From positions 21,272 through 85,271 of the forward strand of contig CAYLWC010000006.1 of NCBI GenBank assembly GCA_964387265.1: DNA of 64,000 bases, read 5' to 3'. This document shows positions 1 through 9,151 of this stretch, one piece after another (position 1 is the first letter of the stretch; every line of letters begins with the position of its first letter). Source of the DNA: an uncultured Vampirovibrionales bacterium. Its GTDB lineage: Bacteria > Cyanobacteriota > Vampirovibrionia > Vampirovibrionales > Vampirovibrionaceae. Made by a program: the position numbers and the translations under genes. The notes below the pieces were generated by a model. It was not told the DNA's origin and searched no databases. It worked only from the letters and a program-made list of their open reading frames with translations.

Positions 1-576
1 CCGTGCCCCTTGCCGAATCAGTTGCTTAACGTCTTCTTCTGTCAGGATAGGCTCTGCAGGGCCTTTTATACCGAATATTTTTAATATGCCGTCAGTGGAA
101 AGGCTTAAAATCTGAATGATAGGTGCAGTCAGGTTGGATAATTGCTGCATAGGTCGGGCAATTAAGGTGGCGATCCGCTCCGGGGTATGAAGCCCCAAAC
201 GTTTCGGGACCAACTCACCCAGAACCAGCGATAAATACGTAATCAGGAGTACGACCAGACCAATGCCGATCCCTTCCCGGTAAGGGGCTAGGACGGGAAT
301 CGAAGGTAGCATTTCCGAGAGTTTTCCGGCGACTGTGGCTCCTCCAAAGGCGCCTGCAAAAATGCCAATCAGCGTAATGCCAACCTGAATTGTCGCCAGG
401 AAACGGTTGGGTTCTTCGGTAAGCTCCAGGGCGCTTCGAGCCGACGCATTGCCTTGTTCCGCCGCATGAAGCAGTCGGGACTTATTGGCTGAAATAACGG
501 CGATTTCCGCCATGGCGAAGAAGCCATTGAGCAGAACCAATCCCAGGATAATGATAATTTCTGTACCGATTGACAT
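1..576 (-). CDS. CNNM/CorC (DUF21) family transporter, N-terminal transmembrane part. The ORF runs off the window start, which is why it is absent from the ORF track.
   Basis: Manual translation of the minus strand from ATG at 574-576 gives MSIGTEIIIILGLVLLNGFFAMAEIAVISANKSRLLHAAEQGN...GELVPKRLGLHTPERIA, typical of the DUF21 domain of HlyC/CorC-type proteins. There is no stop codon before position 1. Confidence 0.7.
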   Translation of the reverse strand, partial: MSIGTEIIIILGLVLLNGFFAMAEIAVISANKSRLLHAAEQGNASARSALELTEEPNRFLATIQVGITLIGIFAGAFGGATVAGKLSEMLPSIPVLAPYREGIGIGLVVLLITYLSLVLGELVPKRLGLHTPERIATLIARPMQQLSNLTAPIIQILSLSTDGILKIFGIKGPAEPILTEEDVKQLIRQGAR

Positions 577-697
577 GGATTTCCCTTGAGCCCCAAGCCC
601 TATTCTACCCGGTTTTCTTATTCAGGCCAAATAGAACAATAAAGTAACAGGTCGCTCGATTATAATAAATACAACAGCGAGAGAGAACAGATGGAGC

Positions 698-1729
698 ATG
701 AGAAACGTGTGGGCAAGAAAACGGGTCACTCAGATTATGTCAGGGGTGATTATCGGCGCATTGATTGGCCTGGTTGGGAGTGGAGAGAGTATGGCGCAGG
801 ATCAGGGGGAATTTTCCGCAAGAGGTTTTAACACCGCGCGGATTGAGAATGAATATAAGCTGGAAGTCCCTCGGGAAAAAACCGAGGCGGTTTGGAAATA
901 TCTTAACGAGCGGTATGAAAATGGAAGCCCTTTTTTGAAAGGGCTCGGGAGCGGCTTTACCACCCAGTTTTCTGAAGAGTATTTTGTGGATCGCTACTTT
1001 GATAACGATCGGCTGGATTTGCTTCGAAGTGAAAGCGGCATCCGGCACCGTAGCCGGAAGGTGATGAGTGATCCCACCCATAAAAAAGATGGTCGCCAAT
1101 TGGTTCAGATCAAACTGAATCGTCCGGGAGATTTGGAAACCAACCGGACCGAACTGAAGTTTCCGGTCAACCCGGAGCCGATTGCCAAAAACGCTTACGA
1201 TCACCATCCCTTGTTGGGGTTGATTGACCGGGATTATCGGGCATCTTTTTTGGAGAACTTGCAATTGCTTGGCTTACGCCCGGAATCCTTGTGGAATACC
1301 ATTACCCTGGAACAGCGCCGTCGCCGGGTTTATCTTTCAAAAGACGGACAAGCGTTTGCCACCATTACACTGGATGAAATCACCTCGCACAAATGGTGGA
1401 AAACCATTCGCTTTACGGAAATTGAGATGGAACTCAATGAAATTGGCTATACTGAGGGCTCTGAAACGGAGAAGGTGGAAATGCAGCGGGTAAATGACCT
1501 GATTAAGAACGATTTGTTTACCCCATTCCCCGAAATTCACCAGGATCAAACCCCCAAGTATAATAAGGCGTTTGAGCATTTCAGTAAGGAATTTCTTTTC
1601 TTCCGCTGGGCGCTTCGGTATGACCTGCCGGTGGAAGGGCTCATTGCCGGAATCGGCTTGCTGGCCCTGCTGGGAACCCTCTGGATGTTGTTTCGAGGCA
1701 AGAAGCCTGCTAAACCGAACGTCTGGTAG
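698..1729 (+). CDS. CYTH (triphosphate tunnel metalloenzyme) domain protein with an N-terminal signal/TM segment and a C-terminal TM anchor.
   Basis: ExExK motif (IENEYKLEVPREK) near the N-terminus and a later EIEMEL acidic motif. Hydrophobic N-terminus (IMSGVIIGALIGLVG) and C-terminal helix (LIAGIGLLALLGTLWMLF). The true start may be at the internal Met at 737. Confidence 0.55.
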   Translation: MRNVWARKRVTQIMSGVIIGALIGLVGSGESMAQDQGEFSARGFNTARIENEYKLEVPREKTEAVWKYLNERYENGSPFLKGLGSGFTTQFSEEYFVDRYFDNDRLDLLRSESGIRHRSRKVMSDPTHKKDGRQLVQIKLNRPGDLETNRTELKFPVNPEPIAKNAYDHHPLLGLIDRDYRASFLENLQLLGLRPESLWNTITLEQRRRRVYLSKDGQAFATITLDEITSHKWWKTIRFTEIEMELNEIGYTEGSETEKVEMQRVNDLIKNDLFTPFPEIHQDQTPKYNKAFEHFSKEFLFFRWALRYDLPVEGLIAGIGLLALLGTLWMLFRGKKPAKPNVW

Positions 1730-1731
1730 CC

Positions 1732-3024
1732 TTAAAAGACCCGGATTTTCGGGGTCCGCATCCGGGATTCAATTCTTGGCTGGTTGAGGGAAAGTTCTGC
1801 CAGAACTACCGAGTGATTGACCAGAACGGCCAAGTAATCGGCCCCAGCGGCGGCATCATACAGAGTGGTATTTTGGTATTCTTCCAGGGTGGGGTCGTAT
1901 GTAACGACCTCATACCCATGTTCTCTCAATATATCCACAATCTTTAACGCCGGGCTTTCTCGGGTATCACCCACATCGGGCTTATACGTTAGTCCCACGG
2001 CGCAAATTCTGGGGTTTTGAATCCCTGCAAGGTCTTTCATGATTTTTTCGGCGCAATAGGCGGGCATTTTATCGTTAACCCGGCGAGACGTGGCAATCAA
2101 TTCGGTTTTATTCGGGGATACTTCCACAAAGAACCAGGGATCCACGGCAATACAATGACCGCCCACTCCAATGCCCGGCTTTAACAGGTTGACGCGGGGA
2201 TGCATGTTAATCAGATGCCGGGCTTCCTTGATGTCAATCCCATGAGTGTCGGCCAGAACAGATAGCTCATTGGCCAGGGCAATATTCACATCTCGATAAG
2301 TATTTTCTGCCAGCTTGCAGAACTCGGCGGTTTTATCATCCGTCACATAAATCTCGCCCAAAATTACCTGCCTCAGAATGGTTTTGGCCAGCAACGCCGA
2401 TTCCACGGTGAGCCCGCCCAGGACCCGGTGGTTATGGACCAGCTCTTCGGTGGTATTTCCGGGTAAAATCCGTTCTGGCGAGAAACACAGATGAATGTCC
2501 TTGCCCACTTCCAGGCCGGTACTTTCGATCATGGGCTTCAGCACGTTTCGGGTCGTGCCCGGAGGAACGGTGGATTCCAAAATCACCAGATTCCCCGGCT
2601 TCAGTACGGGCAAAAGGGTCTCGGTTGCTGAGCGAACCGCTGTCAGGTCACAGGTCTTGGTGGTGGGGTGAACCGGGGTGGGAACCGTAATCAGGAAAAC
2701 ATCACTGGGTTCCGGCTGGTTGCTGAATGAAAAATTTTCTTTCCCCTGAACGGATTGCCACCAGACGGCCAATTCAGGATAGAGATCCGGGATCCTAGTG
2801 CCCTCCAGGTTTTCCAGCACGGTGGGGTTGATGTCTACGCCATGGACCTGAAAATCATGGCGGGCAAACAACAGGGCGGTCGGGAGGCCGACATAGCCCA
2901 TCCCCAGCACACAGACCTTTCGGTATGTGGTGGCTTTGGAAGCCAGCCCAGCCAGGAGCTCTTCATTCTCAGTCTCTAGCTGGAGGGAAGTCAGGTGCGG
3001 TTTTTGAATCATAAGAAACGACAT
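1732..3024 (-). CDS. Nucleotide-sugar dehydrogenase (UDP-N-acetyl-D-mannosamine / UDP-glucose 6-dehydrogenase family).
   Basis: Rossmann GxGxxG (VCVLGMGYVGLPTALLFA), central catalytic Cys region and C-terminal UDP-binding domain. Length 430 aa. Confidence 0.85.
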   Translation of the reverse strand: MSFLMIQKPHLTSLQLETENEELLAGLASKATTYRKVCVLGMGYVGLPTALLFARHDFQVHGVDINPTVLENLEGTRIPDLYPELAVWWQSVQGKENFSFSNQPEPSDVFLITVPTPVHPTTKTCDLTAVRSATETLLPVLKPGNLVILESTVPPGTTRNVLKPMIESTGLEVGKDIHLCFSPERILPGNTTEELVHNHRVLGGLTVESALLAKTILRQVILGEIYVTDDKTAEFCKLAENTYRDVNIALANELSVLADTHGIDIKEARHLINMHPRVNLLKPGIGVGGHCIAVDPWFFVEVSPNKTELIATSRRVNDKMPAYCAEKIMKDLAGIQNPRICAVGLTYKPDVGDTRESPALKIVDILREHGYEVVTYDPTLEEYQNTTLYDAAAGADYLAVLVNHSVVLAELSLNQPRIESRMRTPKIRVF

Positions 3025-3094
3025 ATCTTCGGGTTATGGACGTCCAATTCTCCCATATTATAAGTGACCCGCACGCTTCCGTCTAATGGTGATC

Positions 3095-4423
3095 TTATCG
3101 GATGGCTGGAATCAGTGGTTCGGGTTGCTGTGAGGCTCTTCCGGTCAGTTGGTTATACATGGCAATCAAATGACGGGATTGTGCTTGCCAGTTATACATC
3201 GAGCGAACAACCTGCTGGCCCTTTTCGCCCATGGTTTTTCTCGTTTGGGCGTCTTGATACAGCGAACGGATCTGGTTCGCTAGCTCGTAGGCATCCCCGG
3301 ATTCAAACCAAACGCCGCCTTCGGTTTCCTCAATGTAGCGTTTAAGAGGTTTACATGAACTGACAATGACCGGCTTTCGGTAAAGATGATAAAGAAACAG
3401 CTTGTTGGGGAAGGTCGTATCGGTATGATCCGTCTTCATGTGTGGGCAAATACAGATATCGCTGGCAGCAATATAAGGGACAAACTCCGTTTCATCCAGC
3501 CAGCCGGTAAATTCTACCCGATCTTCCAGCTGGTGCCGCTGGATAATCGCCTGAAGCTGGTTCATATAGCTTTCCCGAAAGGCGCCAGCCCCCACAAAAT
3601 ACAGCTCCGGGATTTCATCTTTCAGGAGGGCTATGGCTTCCAGCAAGGTATGGATGCCACGGTGATTACTGTTAATGTGCCCCACGTAAGTTAGCAGAAA
3701 CTGGGGTTTGTACCGCCGGAGCAATTCCGGGTTGGGTTCAACGGCCTCGAATTTTTCCATATCCACGGTATTGGGGATGACGGTAATTTTTTCAGCAGGA
3801 ACGCCCTTATTGACCAGGCGCTCTTTGGCCTCTTCCACTACGGTCAGCACCCGATCCGCTTGCTGGACGCAACGGTTTTCAATGGCTTCCCATTTCTTTC
3901 GCTGCTGAATACCATAAACGGGATCCGCTTTTCCTTTTAGCATCTCCATCAGCGCCGGGTAATTTTCATGGAGATCCGCAACGAGTGGGATGTTCCATTT
4001 TTTTGCCGCGGAAAGGCCGGAGCTGACCAGGCGCAAGTCATGAATATGCAGCACCTGAATGCCAAAACCTCGGATAAACCGCTCAGTCAGGGTTTGCCAC
4101 TGGGTGTCCACGTTCCATAAATGCCTGTAGAGGTTTCGGATCCACCCCCGGTAACGGAGCCGGGTGGTAAAAGGGAGTCCGGGAAGGGGGTCCTGAACAT
4201 CCCTGGGGTCGACCCGGTGGATATAAATGCCTCGATAAAACTCCTCACGGGGCTCTGGAGACTCTTCGCCCTCGGCGGTTTCTTTTACAGCACAAAGGAG
4301 GTGAACCTCGTACCCGGCAGAAACCAGAGCCACAGCTTCACGTTCAACTCGGGCATCTGGCGGAAACGGTTGATCCAGCACCATGCCGACACGGATTTTC
4401 TCAGTAGGGTCGTTTCGGGTCAT
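3095..4423 (-). CDS. Glycosyltransferase family 4 (GT-B fold, group 1).
   Basis: C-terminal GT1 motif region (EAFGxxxxEAM-like: FVGAGAF..., FPNKLFLYHLYRKPVIVSS). Adjacent to a second GT4 gene and a sugar dehydrogenase. Confidence 0.8.
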   Translation of the reverse strand: MTRNDPTEKIRVGMVLDQPFPPDARVEREAVALVSAGYEVHLLCAVKETAEGEESPEPREEFYRGIYIHRVDPRDVQDPLPGLPFTTRLRYRGWIRNLYRHLWNVDTQWQTLTERFIRGFGIQVLHIHDLRLVSSGLSAAKKWNIPLVADLHENYPALMEMLKGKADPVYGIQQRKKWEAIENRCVQQADRVLTVVEEAKERLVNKGVPAEKITVIPNTVDMEKFEAVEPNPELLRRYKPQFLLTYVGHINSNHRGIHTLLEAIALLKDEIPELYFVGAGAFRESYMNQLQAIIQRHQLEDRVEFTGWLDETEFVPYIAASDICICPHMKTDHTDTTFPNKLFLYHLYRKPVIVSSCKPLKRYIEETEGGVWFESGDAYELANQIRSLYQDAQTRKTMGEKGQQVVRSMYNWQAQSRHLIAMYNQLTGRASQQPEPLIPAIR

Positions 4424-4430
4424 ATCGCAA

Positions 4431-5624
4431 TTACTTCAAGAGGACGGATGACTTTATTAGAGATTGATAACACAGATCCAACGCCTGGATCTGTTGAACA
4501 ATGGTAAACCGTTCTCGGACCATTCGTCCAGCATTCTCCTGAATCTGATCCAGAAGCGCCGGATTGGCGAGAATTTCTTCCAGTTGCTGGGTCAATTGAT
4601 CCACCCGGGTGGCTTCATACAGCCAGCCGGTTTTGCCATGGGTAATAATCTCCGGGATACCGCCTGAGCGGGTGCCGATACAGGGTACCTGGTAAAACAT
4701 GGATTCGATAACGACCCGCCCAAAGGCTTCATTCAGCGATGGGACCACCAGCACGTCAATGTTCTGGTAAAACGACGCCAGATCGGAGACATGTCCTAAG
4801 AATTCAACCCGATCCTCAAGCTGCAGGTGTTGTAAACGTTCCTGGATCTGCCGTTCATAGGGCGCGTCCACAAAGGTGCCAGCTACTTTCAGGATAACAG
4901 GACGGTTGCGCTCCCGAAGCGCTCCCACCGCTTCCAGCAGATCCTGGAACCGTTTCCCAGCGGATAGTCGGCCCATATAACCTATTCTTAAATGCTTTAC
5001 GTCATACTTTTTAATCATGGGTGTTTCGGGTTCGGCCATGGCGTTATAAATCACCTGAACCCGATCATTATCAGGGGGGAATTGTTGGCGGACCGATTGG
5101 GAAATGCAGATGACTTGATCAGAAAGTAGCGGAATCAGACGCTGGGTCAAAAAGCGTCCTAGGGTGAGATGAAGCTTTGGGCTTTTTTCCATAAACAATT
5201 CCCGGATGTGCCAGACATGGGGGACATTCGCCAATTTAGCGGCGATCGCTCCCTCAAGCGAGACAAACGAATTGGTATGAACCAGATCGATCTGATGCGA
5301 TCGGATCTGCTTTGCCAGTGCGAGAGAACGGGGAAACAACGCAATGAACAGGGTGAATACATCTCCAATACGCTGAACCCATGAGCGGGGATCGTGTTTG
5401 ACCCATTGCAAGCGGGAATGGTGCAGAATGGTTAAGTCTGGCAAGATTTGAAGAGCATCTTTCAGAGGGCCGCTGCGGGCCAGTGAAATAAAGGGGTGGT
5501 ATGTCTCTCTGGGCAAGTGTTCAAGGATCAGTCGGAGACTTTGCTGGGCGCCGTAGAGTTGACCATCATGGCAAATATACAAAATGCGTTGTCGGGATTT
5601 TTGTTGATAGATCTGCTTTGACAC
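4431..5624 (-). CDS. Glycosyltransferase family 4.
   Basis: GT1-type C-terminal domain (VVPSLNEAFGRVVIESMFYQVPCIGTRSGGIPEII). Same-strand neighbour of another GT4. Confidence 0.8.
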   Translation of the reverse strand: MSKQIYQQKSRQRILYICHDGQLYGAQQSLRLILEHLPRETYHPFISLARSGPLKDALQILPDLTILHHSRLQWVKHDPRSWVQRIGDVFTLFIALFPRSLALAKQIRSHQIDLVHTNSFVSLEGAIAAKLANVPHVWHIRELFMEKSPKLHLTLGRFLTQRLIPLLSDQVICISQSVRQQFPPDNDRVQVIYNAMAEPETPMIKKYDVKHLRIGYMGRLSAGKRFQDLLEAVGALRERNRPVILKVAGTFVDAPYERQIQERLQHLQLEDRVEFLGHVSDLASFYQNIDVLVVPSLNEAFGRVVIESMFYQVPCIGTRSGGIPEIITHGKTGWLYEATRVDQLTQQLEEILANPALLDQIQENAGRMVRERFTIVQQIQALDLCYQSLIKSSVLLK

Positions 5625-6074
5625 AATAGTGATATTATACCGGGACTTTACTAGAAACTCGTGTTAGACCATCTGGCTAAATTCCATGAAATCTATTTAT
5701 CACTGTTGTTCAGAAGAATATAATTTGTTACAATAATCTCAGTATTTCACCTAAAGATCCGGCTGAAACATTTCAAGTGAGTGTTTGCTAAATTCAATTC
5801 AGGGTAGAGCGTTTTAAATAGTAACCATTCAGCTGAAGTAGGATCCTAAGGGGTACGAGGTGTGTCCATGGGTTATATTAACAGGCTACAGCGCGATTGC
5901 GCTGTTTGGAACACGCGCCTTCGCCTTCACCTGTCCAGATGGCGTGGGGCCATGAATGATTTTGTGTATTACTGGTTTCTCTAGATTATAATGGCTCGAG
6001 ATTTATAACGGATTTATCCCGGTTTTCCCAGCCGTGTTCAAGAAAAGAGAAGCGCAGTTTTACTCTTATTTGCT

Positions 6075-8015
6075 TTATTCCCACTCCACTGTGGCTGGTG
6101 GTTTACTGGTGATGTCATACAAGACCAGATCCACACCCGGTTGATTGGAAAGCCTCTGAGCCAGCGTCTTAAGGAATTCAACAGGGATCTCTTTTCCAAT
6201 GGCTGCCGGTCGCGCGGTCATATAATCATGGGTGACCACCGCCCGGATGGCGACCGAGTGCCCGCCAGCGCCACTTATATCCACAGGTACCAGCACGGTG
6301 AGTAATTGGCTGATAGCGCCATATAACCCGGTCTGGATAAACGCCTCAGAGACCATGTGATCCAGACGCCGGAGTTTGGCCAGGGTGTCTGGGGTTAAGT
6401 GGGTGGGGGTAATCTCATGCACCGTTTCCGGCAGGTGATCCCGATTTAACACTAGGGTGACCCGGTTCACTTCATGCAGCCGGTTGGGAATGTCTTGCGT
6501 CAGTTCCCGTAGAGCGTCCCAAGGGGTGCTTAAAATATCATGTTTTGCCAAAGCCGCTAAATAGCTGTAAGAGCGGTGATCACCCTGAACCCCCACGGTT
6601 TGCACTGGCAAAATCGTCCCGGAAAAGCCTTGTTGTTTGGCCAGTTCTTCCAGGTCCACGTTGGTGCGCGCGAACGTATCGGTCATAAAGGGTTTTTCGG
6701 TACAAAGCACCCGAATCCCCAAGCCGGGGCCTGGGAAGGGTTGGCGAATCACCAATTCTTCAGGTAAGCCCAGCATCCGCCCAATTTGCCGGACCTCATC
6801 CTTGTGAAGATCCTTGTTGGGCTCTACGATCATGCCTTTTTCCCGCTGCTCCTGAATCACCGGCACATCGTTGTGATGGGTCTTAATTTTATGAGCCGTG
6901 GCGCTGATGCCCCGGTTACCGCTTTCAATCAGATCCGGCCTCAAAGTCCCCTGGGCGATATAGGTGTGATCCATATCCAGATTCAGCTTTTCAATGGTTT
7001 GCTGGGTCAGTTGATAGAACACATCCCCAATAATCCGCCGCTTGGTTTCAGGATCGGTCACCTGGGACAGGGGGCCCACCAAATACCCATCCACCTGAAC
7101 CGGCTGGCTGAGAAATTGCGCTTCGGCGTGCAGCACTTCCAAATGTTTCAGGCCCAAAGCTTTCAGGGCTTCGGCGACTTTGGCGCTTTCCTCATGGCGC
7201 ATCAGGCCCGAATCGATATGGATGGCGTAGACTTTCTCAGGCCCCAGGGCTTTTAGCAGCAGTGCCGCCGTCACGGTCGAATCCACCCCGCCGCTGACCA
7301 GCACAATCACGTTGTTTTCACCCACTTGCTGGCGGATGGCCTCCAGGGTTTCCTCCAAACGATCTGAGAGCACGTAATTCCCGCTCAGGCCACAGACTTG
7401 ATACAGGAAGTTCCGAAGCATCACTTCTCCATGCTCGGTTAAATTCACTTCCGGGTGGAACTGGACGCCGACCATTTTCTTTTCGGCATGCTCAATGCCA
7501 GCGACAATCTGGTTACCATCCCGCTGAATCGAGGTGGCGATTTGTCGAAAGCCCTCGGGCAATTTGGCCACACTGTCGCCATGGCTCATCAGAACCTGCT
7601 GGGTGGCCTCGAGCCCAGAAAACAAGAGGCTGTCGGTTTTAACAGAAATATGGGTTTCTCCATATTCTTTAATGGTTTTCCCTTCCACCACCCCGCCAAA
7701 GTGATGCGTCATGAGCTGCATACCGTAACAAATGCCTAATACAGGTACACCGAGCTCAAAAAGCTCCGAAGCGCAGCGAGGAGAGCCGGGCTCATACACG
7801 CTTTCGGGTCCACCGGACAGGATGATGCCCGAAAAGCCCTTGTCTTTGAGACGAGCAATTTCCACATTGACCGGGAAAATTTCGGTATCCACGTTGAGTT
7901 CCCGGACCCGGCGGTCAATGACCTTGGTATACTGGGCGCCACAATCGAGGATGGCGACTTTATCGGTCTGTTGGGTTCGGGTTTGCTGGGTGTCTTGGGC
8001 GGGAACGGTGGACAC
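6075..8015 (-). CDS. guaA: GMP synthase (glutamine-hydrolysing), long eukaryote-like form (646 aa).
   Basis: N-terminal class I GATase (GICYGMQL catalytic Cys), ATP-PPase P-loop SGGVDSTV, and an extended C-terminal dimerisation domain. It is about 120 aa longer than the typical bacterial GuaA. Confidence 0.9.
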   Translation of the reverse strand: MSTVPAQDTQQTRTQQTDKVAILDCGAQYTKVIDRRVRELNVDTEIFPVNVEIARLKDKGFSGIILSGGPESVYEPGSPRCASELFELGVPVLGICYGMQLMTHHFGGVVEGKTIKEYGETHISVKTDSLLFSGLEATQQVLMSHGDSVAKLPEGFRQIATSIQRDGNQIVAGIEHAEKKMVGVQFHPEVNLTEHGEVMLRNFLYQVCGLSGNYVLSDRLEETLEAIRQQVGENNVIVLVSGGVDSTVTAALLLKALGPEKVYAIHIDSGLMRHEESAKVAEALKALGLKHLEVLHAEAQFLSQPVQVDGYLVGPLSQVTDPETKRRIIGDVFYQLTQQTIEKLNLDMDHTYIAQGTLRPDLIESGNRGISATAHKIKTHHNDVPVIQEQREKGMIVEPNKDLHKDEVRQIGRMLGLPEELVIRQPFPGPGLGIRVLCTEKPFMTDTFARTNVDLEELAKQQGFSGTILPVQTVGVQGDHRSYSYLAALAKHDILSTPWDALRELTQDIPNRLHEVNRVTLVLNRDHLPETVHEITPTHLTPDTLAKLRRLDHMVSEAFIQTGLYGAISQLLTVLVPVDISGAGGHSVAIRAVVTHDYMTARPAAIGKEIPVEFLKTLAQRLSNQPGVDLVLYDITSKPPATVEWE

Positions 8016-8080
8016 GGTTGGGGATCCTCATCGGTTTTGGGCGGGGAGTTGGGCTTATTATCTAAAAAACAGGCCCGGTT

Positions 8081-8482
8081 TTAAACCCAGGCCTGTTTTT
8101 GAATCATGATGCACGCGTTGGCGACGACCGTCATTCCGGCTTTTTCGGCTTCCCGGATGGCCTCGTCCTCTTCAGCCCCTGGCTGGAACCAGATGCGGGT
8201 GACACCCTTTTCCAGGCAGTCTTGCACCACTTGCATCGCCGCTTGCGGGGGAACGACCACGTTGACCACTTCTGGGGTCATCGGGAGGTCTTTAACGCTT
8301 TTAAAGCAAGGGTCTCCTTCAATATGGTCTTCTTTGGGGTTCACGGCGTAGACTTCATAGCCTGCATCTTTGAGATCCCGGTAGATTTTATTCCCGAACT
8401 TTTCCCGGTTATTAGAGGCCCCCACCACGGCCCAGCGGCGCAGCCGGGGAAACTCTTCCATTGGGTTGCTGAAGCTGTTCAT
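8081..8482 (-). CDS. CoA-binding domain protein (YccU-like).
   Basis: RRWAVVGASNNREKFG...GYEVYAVNP motif typical of the CoA-binding fold. Start placed at the internal Met (MNSFSNP...), while the ORF extends to 8515. Confidence 0.7.
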   Translation of the reverse strand: MNSFSNPMEEFPRLRRWAVVGASNNREKFGNKIYRDLKDAGYEVYAVNPKEDHIEGDPCFKSVKDLPMTPEVVNVVVPPQAAMQVVQDCLEKGVTRIWFQPGAEEDEAIREAEKAGMTVVANACIMIQKQAWV

Positions 8483-8596
8483 AACCCCATCCTTTCCTAG
8501 GTAAATAAGAATCAATATGCATTATCATACAAGGATTGGCGGTGTTTTCCAAAGAGGCGGTTTTTAGTCGAAACGGCTCAGAAAGGGTAGAAGCGG

Positions 8597-9088
8597 CTAT
8601 GGGTCCGTAAAGATCTTGCGCATGCGGTAGTGGGGGATGCCAGCATCCAGAAACTCAAAACCCTCTTTGATAAAACCAAAAGACTCATAGAACGCCATGG
8701 CGGTGGTTTGGGAATCCAGAATCACCTGGTCAAACCCTTCGTCCTGGCAGGCTTGGAGAATCACCTCCATTAAAAACGAGCCCAGGCGATGATTCCGGCA
8801 GGCTTTTTTGACGGCGATCCGGCCAATTTTGGCAACCGGCCTCGCCTGGCAAGCTTCTTGATAAGGGAGCATTCTGCCGGTCGCCATCGCTTCGGGTTTC
8901 CCTTGGCAGAGAACAATCCAGTGGGTGGCCTCGTCATCATACTCATCTTGTTCTTCCTCAACCGGAACCCCTTGTTCCTTCACAAACACCTCAGTCCGAA
9001 GCGCCATGGCCAAAGCAAAAAGCTCAGGGGCTTCTAACGGCCGAAAGGATTTTACTTCCAAGTTTGTAGTAGCTGAACAAGGGTGCAT
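8597..9088 (-). CDS. GNAT family N-acetyltransferase.
   Basis: Acetyl-CoA binding motif region (IGRIAVKKACRNHRLGSFLMEVILQ) and C-terminal FGFIKEGFEF, typical of GNAT. Confidence 0.7.
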   Translation of the reverse strand: MHPCSATTNLEVKSFRPLEAPELFALAMALRTEVFVKEQGVPVEEEQDEYDDEATHWIVLCQGKPEAMATGRMLPYQEACQARPVAKIGRIAVKKACRNHRLGSFLMEVILQACQDEGFDQVILDSQTTAMAFYESFGFIKEGFEFLDAGIPHYRMRKIFTDP

Positions 9089-9151
9089 TCTATATGACTC
9101 CGGTGTGACGGATGGGGTAAAATCCGGTATGATGCTGTTTAGGATAGAACC

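Noticed and set aside
740-1264. Numerous antisense or shadow ORFs inside confidently assigned genes. Examples are 740..1264, 6786..7256, 23312..23866, 24987..25580, 42529..43239, 54498..54938, 55008..55673 and 58214..58855.
   Set aside because: They lie opposite to or out of frame with long conserved-motif-bearing genes, have random-looking composition, and are typical of GC-rich shadow frames.
5795-5830. tRNA-like D-arm string (TTCAGGGTAGAGCG) in the guaA-GT spacer.
   Set aside because: There is no acceptor-stem complement, anticodon arm or GTTCRANYC T-loop within the next 80 nt, so it is not a tRNA gene.
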